A stretch of DNA of 64,000 bases, taken from the NCBI GenBank assembly GCA_001781095.1, contig MFKU01000010.1:14254-78253 (forward strand). Direction: 5' to 3'. This stretch comes from Candidatus Kaiserbacteria bacterium RIFCSPHIGHO2_01_FULL_53_31. GTDB lineage: Bacteria > Patescibacteriota > Minisyncoccia > Phycocordibacterales > Phycocordibacteraceae. The notes beneath the pieces are model-generated. The model was not told where the DNA came from, did no database searches, and saw nothing but the letters and a program-made list of their open reading frames with translations. A program made the translations under genes and the position numbers. Positions 46,350 to 55,167 of this stretch are shown here, piece after piece. The first letter of the stretch is position 1; every line of letters starts with the position of its first letter.

Positions 46350-49300
46350 TTAGAGCGTTCTGCTTGGGCGGATGTTGAAGCTCGTGCGCTCTGCAGGGAT
46401 CGGCGCGGGGCGCTCGGCCTGAAGCTTCGCGATGTGTGCGAACTTTTTGCTTCCTGAGAATCCTGTGCCCGCAGGGATCAAGCGTCCGAGAATCACGTTC
46501 TCCTTGAGGCCGCGGAGACGATCCACACTGCCACGGAGCGCGGCATTGATGAGGATCTTCGTGGTCTGTTCGAACGAGGCGGCCGAGAGGAAGGATCGGC
46601 GAGAAAGCGCACTCTCCTTGATACCGAGCACAATCTCTTCGCTCTTCGGCGGCAGCTTGTTTGCTACATCCATTTCCTTCACCGCCTTTTCAAATTCCCA
46701 ATCCTCGACGACATCGCCGACTGAGTAGTCCGTGTCACCAGTGTTTGTAATCTTCACACGCGAGAACATCTGCTTCACCACCACTTCGAGGTGTTTGCGC
46801 GAGACGGACGCGCCCTGAAGCTCGTAGATCTTTGACGCTTCGGCGATGATATATTCCTGCACCACGGAGCGTCCCGCATACTCGAAGAGATCATCGAGAT
46901 CTGCCGAACCGTCGGTAAGGACCTGTCCCTTCACCACCGCATCACCCGCCCTCACCAAAGGCACACGTGGATACGGCGCGAGATATTCGTAGACTGAGCC
47001 GTCCTTCTTCCCTTGTCCGGCTGATGGTGCGACTACGACCACTTTCTCACGGCCTGCCTCTTTGATCTCGGTCACGAGACCATCGGATTTCGAGATAACT
47101 GCCGGATTTTTTGGTGAGCGTTTCTCAAAGACTTCTTCGACGCGCGGCAAACCGCTCGTGATATCGCCGCCGATCGACGCCACGCCGCCAGCATGGAAGG
47201 TGCGCATCGTGAGTTGCGTGCCCGGCTCGCCGATCGCTTGTGCGGCCACGGTGCCGACCGCTTCGCCCAAGTCGACAAGTTCTTGCGTCGTGAGGTCCAT
47301 ACCGTAACACGTCTGGCAGACGCCATACCTCGTCTCGCACGACATCGGTGAACGAGCAACGACCGATGACACCGACGCTGCGGCAGAAAGCGCCTCAGCA
47401 TCACCTGCCGAGAGGTATTGTCCGCGCTTGAAGAGCACCGTTCCATCGGCATCTTTTACATCATCTGCGAGCACGCGTCCGCGCAAGACTTCAGCGTAGT
47501 CGATCTGAATACCCGAGAAACTGGTACGATTGATATTCACGCCACGCTTCGTGCCGCAATCTTTTTCTGTCACGATAGAATCCTGCGCTACATCGAAGAG
47601 ACGGCGCGTGAGATATCCGGCCTTCGCGGTGCCAAGCGCCGTGTCGGTGAGGCCTTTGCGCGCGCCGTGTGTGGACATGAAGTATTCAATCGGGTTAAGG
47701 CCTTCAGAGAAGGAGGACGCGATCGGCACTTCGATAGTTTCTCCAGCGGTGTTCTGGATGAGACCTTTCATACCAGCCATCTGTGTCAAGTTGCCCATCG
47801 AGCCGCGAGCACCACTTCTCACCATGTCGGCGACCGAACCCATTGGATTCAACTCGAGAGCGACTTGCTCCTCGACTTCCTGCTTGGCGCCCTGCCAGAT
47901 CTCGATCGCCATGCGGCGTTTTTCCTCCGGCGCGAGAAGACCATTCTGGAAATCTTCTTCAATCTTCGCGACTTTAGCATTGGCCGCTGCGATGATGCGC
48001 GGCTTCTCCTTAGGCACAGCAACATCGTCGATAGCCCAGGAGACGCCGGATTTCGTTGCATACTCGAAACCGAATCGCTTGACCTTGTTCACAATATTCG
48101 GGACGGCATCGATGCCGTAGCGAAAGATGCAGTCATTCACGATGCGTGCGAGCACTTTCTTGGTAATCGTGTCGCCGATAAAAGGATAGTCAGACGGGAG
48201 TACGGTGTTGAAGAGCAGTTTCCCGACGGTCGTCTCGAAGACATGTCCCTCGAAGGCCGCGTACTTCTCCTTCCCCGCTACCGGCAGCACCTTGATCTTC
48301 GCCCGTCGGTCGATGGCCCCGTATTCGGACGCGAGAATAGCGGCATTCGGTGAGGCGAAATATTCGCCTTCGCCCTTTGCGCCATCCACCGCCTTGGTGA
48401 GCCAGTAGACGCCGAGAATAATATCGAGCGGCTTTCCGGTAAGCACGATGATGTCGCCCGAGCCCGGTTTCAAGATATTTTTATTTGCACTCATCACGTT
48501 CTTTGCTTCCCACTGCGCTTCTTCTGAGAGCGGAAGATGCACGGCCATCTGGTCGCCATCGAAGTCCGCGTTGAATGCGTTACAGACGAGCGGGTGCAGC
48601 TGGATAGCATCGCCCTCGATGAGCCGCGGGCGGAATGCTTGGATACCCTGGCGGTGAAGCGTTGGCGCGCGGTTTAGGAGCACGTATTTCCCCGCAATAG
48701 CCTCTTCGAGAATTTCCCACACTTCAGACACGCCGTCTTCGATGAGGCGTCCTGCACCGCGGATATTGAAGGCCAGTTCGCGTGAGAGGAGTCCCGCGAT
48801 GACGAACGGACGGAAGAGCTCGAGCGCCATGTGCTTCGGCAGACCGCATTCGTCGAGCTCGAGATCAGGACCGACGACGATCACCGATCGGCCCGAGTAG
48901 TCGACACGCTTACCGAGCAAGTTCTGGCGGAAGTAGCCCTGCTTCCCTTTCAGATAGTCAGCGAGCGACTTGAGCGGTCGGCGCTGCGCCGCCGTGAGCG
49001 CACCTCCCGAGGCGCTGCCCTTGCGAATAGAGTTGTCGAGGAGCGCATCCACCGCTTCCTGCAAAATGCGTTTCTCATTGCGCAGGATGACTTCCGGCGC
49101 GTGGATGTCGAGCAGCTTCTTAAGACGATTATTGCGATTGATGACGCGGCGATACAAGTCGTTCACGTCTGAGGTCGCGTGGCGGCCGCCTTCGAGTGCG
49201 ACCATCGGGCGGAGCGCCGGCGGGATGATCGGGATGCGCGTGAGGAAGAGCCATTCGGGTCGAATATGCGACGCGATAAGACCGGCGATGAGCGAGAGAC

Positions 49301-50069
49301 GCTTCGCGAGCTTTTCGCGCTCTGCGGCACCTGCCTTTTCATAGCGAGCAAGCAACGTCTTCTCGAGCTCCTTGATATCAAGCGCGCGGAAAATATCATA
49401 AATGGCCTCCGCGCCGATACGCGCTTCGAAGAGGCCTCCGTACTTGACCGAGTAGCGATGATACTCGAGCTCATCGAGCACCTTGCCGATGACGACGCCT
49501 TCGATCTCGGCCTTTGCGAGCGTCATCTTCACCTTCAGTGCATCGCGCTCCTTATCGCCAGTAATGGATTTGTACTTGGACTTGTATTCGCTCTCCAGTT
49601 CGGCGAGGAGACGTTTCTTCTCCTCCTCGGCAATTTTAGTAATGATATAGCCCGCGAAATAGATGACTTTCTCAACGTCCGCTGCTGAAGCACCAAGAAT
49701 AAGCGCCATGCGCGACGGCACACTGCGGAGGAACCAGATATGCGCGACGGGCGTACAGAGCTCGATATGCCCCATGCGCTCACGACGCACGATCGAGCGC
49801 GTTATCTCGACACCGCATTTATCGCAGACGATCCCTTTATAGCGGATACCTTTGTACTTGCCGCAGTAACATTCGTAGTCCTTCTCGGGGCCGAATATCT
49901 TTTCGTCGAAGAGCCCGTGTTTCTCGGAGCGTTGCGTGCGGTAATTGATGGTCTCCGGCTTGGTGACCTCGCCGCTCGACCACGCGAGAATGCGTTCCGG
50001 CGATGCGAGCGCGAGACGCAGACCATTCCAGGTGTCTCGTAGCGGAAGTTTTCGGGGAGTGAATGCCAT
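46350..50069 (-). CDS. rpoC: DNA-directed RNA polymerase subunit beta'
   Basis: Zn-binding CxxC, NADFDGD catalytic motif; 1239 aa. Confidence 0.95.
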   Translation of the reverse strand: MAFTPRKLPLRDTWNGLRLALASPERILAWSSGEVTKPETINYRTQRSEKHGLFDEKIFGPEKDYECYCGKYKGIRYKGIVCDKCGVEITRSIVRRERMGHIELCTPVAHIWFLRSVPSRMALILGASAADVEKVIYFAGYIITKIAEEEKKRLLAELESEYKSKYKSITGDKERDALKVKMTLAKAEIEGVVIGKVLDELEYHRYSVKYGGLFEARIGAEAIYDIFRALDIKELEKTLLARYEKAGAAEREKLAKRLSLIAGLIASHIRPEWLFLTRIPIIPPALRPMVALEGGRHATSDVNDLYRRVINRNNRLKKLLDIHAPEVILRNEKRILQEAVDALLDNSIRKGSASGGALTAAQRRPLKSLADYLKGKQGYFRQNLLGKRVDYSGRSVIVVGPDLELDECGLPKHMALELFRPFVIAGLLSRELAFNIRGAGRLIEDGVSEVWEILEEAIAGKYVLLNRAPTLHRQGIQAFRPRLIEGDAIQLHPLVCNAFNADFDGDQMAVHLPLSEEAQWEAKNVMSANKNILKPGSGDIIVLTGKPLDIILGVYWLTKAVDGAKGEGEYFASPNAAILASEYGAIDRRAKIKVLPVAGKEKYAAFEGHVFETTVGKLLFNTVLPSDYPFIGDTITKKVLARIVNDCIFRYGIDAVPNIVNKVKRFGFEYATKSGVSWAIDDVAVPKEKPRIIAAANAKVAKIEEDFQNGLLAPEEKRRMAIEIWQGAKQEVEEQVALELNPMGSVADMVRSGARGSMGNLTQMAGMKGLIQNTAGETIEVPIASSFSEGLNPIEYFMSTHGARKGLTDTALGTAKAGYLTRRLFDVAQDSIVTEKDCGTKRGVNINRTSFSGIQIDYAEVLRGRVLADDVKDADGTVLFKRGQYLSAGDAEALSAAASVSSVVARSPMSCETRYGVCQTCYGMDLTTQELVDLGEAVGTVAAQAIGEPGTQLTMRTFHAGGVASIGGDITSGLPRVEEVFEKRSPKNPAVISKSDGLVTEIKEAGREKVVVVAPSAGQGKKDGSVYEYLAPYPRVPLVRAGDAVVKGQVLTDGSADLDDLFEYAGRSVVQEYIIAEASKIYELQGASVSRKHLEVVVKQMFSRVKITNTGDTDYSVGDVVEDWEFEKAVKEMDVANKLPPKSEEIVLGIKESALSRRSFLSAASFEQTTKILINAALRGSVDRLRGLKENVILGRLIPAGTGFSGSKKFAHIAKLQAERPAPIPAERTSFNIRPSRTL

Positions 50070-50113
50070 AAATAATTAAGAGGTTACAGATGGTAGGTTT
50101 TAATAAATTGCAA

Positions 50114-53100
50114 TCACTCCTCCGGCGCGGGCGGAAGATTCAGAGGTTCGACGTCAAGTCCGAGACCGCGGATCTGATTAGTAAGGACCGAGAATGATGC
50201 TGGTGTGCCGGTATGCAATATCGCTTCGCCGCGAACAATCGCGTCGAAGGCCGCTGAACGACCCTGGATATCATCCGACTTGATTGTAAGCATCTCGCGC
50301 AGCGTGTATGCAGCGCCATAGCCGAGGAGCGCCCAGACCTCCATTTCGCCAAAGCGCTGGCCGCCGTTCTGCGCCTTGCCGCCCAAAGGTTGCTGCGTAA
50401 TGAGACTGTAGGGACCGATCGAACGCATGTGGATTTTGTCCTCCACCATGTGATGGAGCTTGAGGATATACATGTAGCCGACGGCGATAGTCTGCGCGAA
50501 TGGCTCGCCGCTGCAACCATCGTAGAGCTGCATCTTTCCTGAACGCGAGAAGCCGGCGGTCTCGAGCTCGTCGCGTATTTCGTCAGCGGTCGCGCCGGCA
50601 AACGGAGGGACGACTGCCTGATACCCGAGTGTGTTCGCGGCGAGTCCGAGGTGCAATTCAAGAATTTGTCCGAGGTTCATACGGCTCGGCACGCCGAGTG
50701 GCGTGAGAATAATATCGACCGGATTGCCGTCTTTGTCATACGGCATGTCTTCGACCGGCAGTACGCGGCTGATGACACCCTTGTTGCCATGACGTCCCGC
50801 AAGTTTATCGCCGACGGATACATTGCGTACTTGCGCGACAGTGATGACGATTTTCTTGATGATGCCGCTCTCGAGCTGATCGCCTTTCTCACGCGAAAAT
50901 ACCCTCACGCCGATGATGCGTCCACGCTTCCCGCCTTCCATGCGCAGCGAGGTGTCCTTCACATCCTTTGCCTTATCGCCGAAAATGCTGCGTAAGAGAC
51001 GCTCTTCAGGCGTGAGCTGCGTCTCGCCCTTTGGCGTCACTTTGCCGACGAGAATATCCCCCGAGCGCACTTCGGCACCGATGCGAATAACGCCCTCTTC
51101 GTCGAGGTTCTTCAATCGCAGTTCGCCCACGTTCGGGATGTCATGTGTCGTTGTCTCCGGGCCAAGCTTCGTGTCTCGCACGACGCACTCGAAGTCTTCA
51201 GTGTGCACCGTGGTGAATTTCGCTTCCTCAACGAGACGTTCGGAAATGATGATGGCGTCTTCGTAGTTCGCCCCGTTCCAACTCATAAACGCCACACGCA
51301 CGTTCTGGCCGAGCGCGAGTTGACCCTGATCGGTCGATGAGTTATCCGCAAGCACATCACCTTTCTTCACTTTGTCGCCCATGCGGACAGACGGCCGTTG
51401 GAGGAACGCCGAGTTCTGATTGGTCTGTGTGAGTCCCTGGAGGCGATACTCCCGCTTCTTTCCCTCTTTGTTGGTTACGATAATCTTGCGCGCATCAACA
51501 TAGGTGACATCGCCCGATTCAAGAGCGAGCACGAGGCGGCCCGTGCTGCGCGCAGCATGCGTCTCGATACCTGTTGAAACGACAGGCGCCTCTGGGATGA
51601 GGACCGGCGTCGCCTGCTTTTGCATGTTCGAACCCATGAGCGCGCGGTTCGCGTCGTCGTGGTCGACGAAAGGAATCATCGAGGTCGCGATGGAGAACAT
51701 TTGATACGTGGAAGCGTCCATTAAGGTCACCGCGTCGCGCGGTACGATAATGGGATCTCCCTTGTGACGGGCCTCGACCGATTCAAGCGAGATACGGTCA
51801 TGCTCGTCGATCTTCGTGGCGCCATGCGCGATCATCTCGAGCTCTTCATCGAGCGCGTTCAAATACACAATCTCATCAGTGACTTTCCCTTTATGCACGC
51901 GAACATACGGCGTTTCAATAACACCGAAGTCATTGGTTCGTGCATGCGTTGCGAGACGGAGAATAAGACCAATGTTCTGACCTTCAGGAGTGTGGATTGG
52001 ACAAAGGCGGCCGTAGTGCGAAGGATGCACGTCGCGCACTTCGAAGCCTGCTCGCTCGCGGGTGAGCCCGCCGGGACCGAGCGCGGAGAGGGTGCGCATG
52101 TTCTCGAGCTCTGCGAGAATGTTCTGTTGATCCATAAATTGCGAGAGCTGGTTCGCCGTGAAGAACTCATGCACCGATGCCTGGAACGGACGAGGGTTCA
52201 CAAGTGCGAGCGGTAGAGTCGTCTCGCTCTCGATGGTCGACATGCGGTCCTGAATATTGCGTTTCATGCGACTCATGCCGACACGCATGCGCGCCTGCAA
52301 TAGTTCGCCGACAAAACGGACGCGGCGAAAACCGAGATGATCGATATCGTCCGGGCGTGCGTTCGGATCAGTATTCAACTTTGTAATTTCTGAAATGATT
52401 CGCACGAAATCCGCAAGCGTGAGTGTGCGCTTATCGAGCGTCTTCTCGGTTACCGGGAGGCCGAAACGCGCATTCAAGCGGTGGCGACCCACTTTCCCGA
52501 GATCGTAGCGCTCTGCCCCGAAGAGCGACTGTACGAAGTTCTTCGCGTTCTCAGACGTGACGAGGTCTCCGTCCCGCATGCGGCGATGGATCTCGATATA
52601 GGCCTCCTCGACTGAGGTGGCCTCATTGTGCTCGAGTGTCGCCTGCATCGCCGCGAGCGCGAGTGGCTCATTCACAAAATGCTTCAACGTTTCCTTCCCT
52701 ACTCCGCCGCCAAAAACCGTGAGGAGCTCCGTGATCGGGAACTTGCGCTTCCGGTCAATCTTCACGAAGATCGCGCCGTCCGCTTCTGAATCTATCTCTA
52801 TCCAGACACCGCGCAGTGGAATAATCTTCGCACCGAAAAAAGGTTTCCCCCGAATGAGTTCAGAGACGAAGAACGCGCCAAACGAGCGTGCGAGTTGCGG
52901 GACGATAGCACGCTCCACGCCAGAGACGATGAACGAACCATGCGGCGTCATAATAGGCATGTCCGCGAGAAAAAGTTCCTGCGACTTCTCGGATCCCAAT
53001 GTCTTGTTGACGAGCTTCACAGTCGCCTTGATTGGCGCCTCGTAAGTGCGCATGTTCTCACGTGCAAATTCCTCGTCATACTTCGGTTCGCCTATTTCAA

Positions 53101-53290
53101 AACTTTCAAACTGCAGTTCAAACTTCTTCCCCGAATAGTCGGCGATCGGTGAAAATTCCTTAAAGAGCTCGGTGAGGCCGTTCGTGAGAAGCCAGTCGAA
53201 TGACCCACGCTGGTGCCCGACGAGATCTGGGAACGGCACGTGCGGCGCTCGATATGCACCGAAGGTCTTCTGGGGGAGGTTCTTACGCAT
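50114..53290 (-). CDS. rpoB: DNA-directed RNA polymerase subunit beta
   Basis: Start taken at MRKNLPQKTF; conserved rpoB blocks throughout. Confidence 0.95.
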   Translation of the reverse strand: MRKNLPQKTFGAYRAPHVPFPDLVGHQRGSFDWLLTNGLTELFKEFSPIADYSGKKFELQFESFEIGEPKYDEEFARENMRTYEAPIKATVKLVNKTLGSEKSQELFLADMPIMTPHGSFIVSGVERAIVPQLARSFGAFFVSELIRGKPFFGAKIIPLRGVWIEIDSEADGAIFVKIDRKRKFPITELLTVFGGGVGKETLKHFVNEPLALAAMQATLEHNEATSVEEAYIEIHRRMRDGDLVTSENAKNFVQSLFGAERYDLGKVGRHRLNARFGLPVTEKTLDKRTLTLADFVRIISEITKLNTDPNARPDDIDHLGFRRVRFVGELLQARMRVGMSRMKRNIQDRMSTIESETTLPLALVNPRPFQASVHEFFTANQLSQFMDQQNILAELENMRTLSALGPGGLTRERAGFEVRDVHPSHYGRLCPIHTPEGQNIGLILRLATHARTNDFGVIETPYVRVHKGKVTDEIVYLNALDEELEMIAHGATKIDEHDRISLESVEARHKGDPIIVPRDAVTLMDASTYQMFSIATSMIPFVDHDDANRALMGSNMQKQATPVLIPEAPVVSTGIETHAARSTGRLVLALESGDVTYVDARKIIVTNKEGKKREYRLQGLTQTNQNSAFLQRPSVRMGDKVKKGDVLADNSSTDQGQLALGQNVRVAFMSWNGANYEDAIIISERLVEEAKFTTVHTEDFECVVRDTKLGPETTTHDIPNVGELRLKNLDEEGVIRIGAEVRSGDILVGKVTPKGETQLTPEERLLRSIFGDKAKDVKDTSLRMEGGKRGRIIGVRVFSREKGDQLESGIIKKIVITVAQVRNVSVGDKLAGRHGNKGVISRVLPVEDMPYDKDGNPVDIILTPLGVPSRMNLGQILELHLGLAANTLGYQAVVPPFAGATADEIRDELETAGFSRSGKMQLYDGCSGEPFAQTIAVGYMYILKLHHMVEDKIHMRSIGPYSLITQQPLGGKAQNGGQRFGEMEVWALLGYGAAYTLREMLTIKSDDIQGRSAAFDAIVRGEAILHTGTPASFSVLTNQIRGLGLDVEPLNLPPAPEE

Positions 53291-53603
53291 GTGATTGGGG
53301 TGAATTAATAGAAGTTTGAACGTATACAAACAGAAGCACACAAACAAAAGCGCGCTCTCGCTTTGCGTTTCTTCTGTGCCCGTATGAATCTGGCGCCCCG
53401 CCCTCCGCTACTCACCCGTATCTCAATTTCTAATGTATCAGCCCCCGTATTTTTGTGCAAGTGGGTGTGGGGATAAAGAGAAAGGCGGCCTGTTGTTCAG
53501 GTCGCCCGGGCCGGGGGTCTCTGGAAGCCTAAGCTTCTTTGTAGGCGTGCCGCAAACGCCTCGTTGTTCGGCCCGAAAGCCTACACCACCCGATAGCTAT
53601 AAT

Positions 53604-54257
53604 TTATTTCTTGCTACGCCAGTTGTCAATGTTTGCGTGATGGCCGGTTTGAAGAACTTTCGGGACCCGATAATTCTTCTTTTTGTATGAAATGGTTTCG
53701 GGGCGGGTGTAGACCGCCGAGGAGGCGATGCGACGCTCCTCGACGGACGCATCCTTGCCGAGCACGCCCGGGAGACGGCGCGTGACTGCATCCACGATCG
53801 CGAGTGCAGGTATCTCGCCGCCGGTGTATACAGCCTCGCCAACTGCAAATTCCTTTACGGTTGCAAGTGTTTTTAGAATCTTCTTCGCGCGTTCATCAAT
53901 GCCTTCATAGCGACCGCAGACGAGCACTACATCATCATACTTAGTGAGTTTGTCGGCATCTTTATTCGTGAACTGCTTCCCGCTTGGGCTGAACCAAACA
54001 ATGACCGTAAGGCGTTGCCTTACGGTTTTGCCCAAGGCTGCCTGAACAGCCTTAACTATAGGCAGCGCTGACATCACCATCCCTGGCCCCCCGCCATACG
54101 GGCGCTCGTCCACCTTGCCCCATTTGTTGTCGACAAAATCGCGTGGGTTCTGATACTTCACTACCATCTTCTTCTCTTTCCGCGCGCGCCCGATGATCGA
54201 TGCATTTAAATAAGCATCGCAGGCTTCTGGAAACAGTGTGATGAGATGAAATTTCAC
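53604..54257 (-). CDS. trmD: tRNA (guanine37-N1)-methyltransferase
   Basis: SPOUT fold; PYGGGPGMVM motif. Confidence 0.9.
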   Translation of the reverse strand: MKFHLITLFPEACDAYLNASIIGRARKEKKMVVKYQNPRDFVDNKWGKVDERPYGGGPGMVMSALPIVKAVQAALGKTVRQRLTVIVWFSPSGKQFTNKDADKLTKYDDVVLVCGRYEGIDERAKKILKTLATVKEFAVGEAVYTGGEIPALAIVDAVTRRLPGVLGKDASVEERRIASSAVYTRPETISYKKKNYRVPKVLQTGHHANIDNWRSKK

Positions 54258-54259
54258 TT

Positions 54260-54559
54260 TTACAACTCCTCAACAACTTGGTCGACGGTTTTTGATTCGG
54301 TATCGCGTTTGCCACCGACGGGCTCATTGATTTTTAGATTTACCCGTGCATTCCCTTTCATACCAACCACGCGAAGCAGAATGCGCAATGCCTCGGCGGT
54401 CTTGCCGCTCTTGCCGATAATCTTACCCATGTCATCGGGGTGCACGGTGAGAGTGAGGAGTACTCCCATTTGATCAATGGTGCGCGTTGTTTCTACAGAT
54501 TCCGGATGATCGACAAGCGCTTTAACTGCGTATTCGAGAAATGTTTGGTCTGGTTCCAT
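54260..54559 (-). CDS. khpA: KH-domain RNA-binding protein (KhpA/YlqC)
   Basis: GKIIGKSGKTAEALR KH GxxG loop; position rpsP-khpA-trmD. Confidence 0.8.
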   Translation of the reverse strand: MEPDQTFLEYAVKALVDHPESVETTRTIDQMGVLLTLTVHPDDMGKIIGKSGKTAEALRILLRVVGMKGNARVNLKINEPVGGKRDTESKTVDQVVEEL

Positions 54560-54594
54560 AGGGATATGTTAGCTATTCCGCCAAAGGCGGCAGG

Positions 54595-55119
54595 TTAGGT
54601 GGCAGGAGTTTCTTCTGTAGCCGGAGTTCCCTCGACAGGAACTTCTTCGGCTGGCGTTTCCGCTGGGGCTTCTTCGGCTGCTGGCTCTGCTTCTGCCACT
54701 ACCTCTGCCTCAGTCGGCATGGGAGATACCTCATCTGCTGCGGGAGCCGCTAGTGCAGTTTCGCTTTCGGTCTTTACTGCCTCGGCCTCTGCGGCAGTTT
54801 TCTTTTCTGCTTCAGCCGCTGCCGCAACCGCCTCCTCATCTACTTGCGGCGTTTTCTTCGGAAGGACATTCACCTTTTTACCGGTGAGTACGCCTTTATT
54901 AATCAAGAGATTGCGAATAGAATCAGTCGGTTGAGCACCCTTAGCGATCCATTCCTTCACTTTTGCCTCGTTCAAAGTGAGCGCCTTACTGCGAGGATTA
55001 TACGTGCCAAGCTGTTCGACTATATTGCCGGTCTTAGCAGCACGCTCCTTTTCCAAAACGGCAATGCGAAATGCCGGATCATTGGTCCGGCCGATGCGCT
55101 GAAATCGAATCATCAACAT
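54595..55119 (-). CDS. rpsP: 30S ribosomal protein S16 with Ala/Glu/Pro-rich C-terminal extension
   Basis: MLMIRFQRIGRTNDPAFRIAVLEK... bS16 core (~85 aa) plus a ~90-aa acidic low-complexity tail. Confidence 0.88.
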   Translation of the reverse strand: MLMIRFQRIGRTNDPAFRIAVLEKERAAKTGNIVEQLGTYNPRSKALTLNEAKVKEWIAKGAQPTDSIRNLLINKGVLTGKKVNVLPKKTPQVDEEAVAAAAEAEKKTAAEAEAVKTESETALAAPAADEVSPMPTEAEVVAEAEPAAEEAPAETPAEEVPVEGTPATEETPAT

Positions 55120-55167
55120 GAGTGCGACTATAGCAGAAGGACGCAGATATTGCTAGAGTAGAGCTAA

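Noticed and set aside
47418-48353. 311-aa plus-strand ORF. Similar long ORFs occur antisense to rpoB, rpoC, leuS, alaS, sigma-r4 and smc, for example 15627-16262, 26563-27294, 25466-26230 and 60118-60903.
   Set aside because: These are antisense shadow ORFs inside strongly supported minus-strand genes. They have no motifs and biased low-complexity composition (Arg/Ser/Ala-rich).
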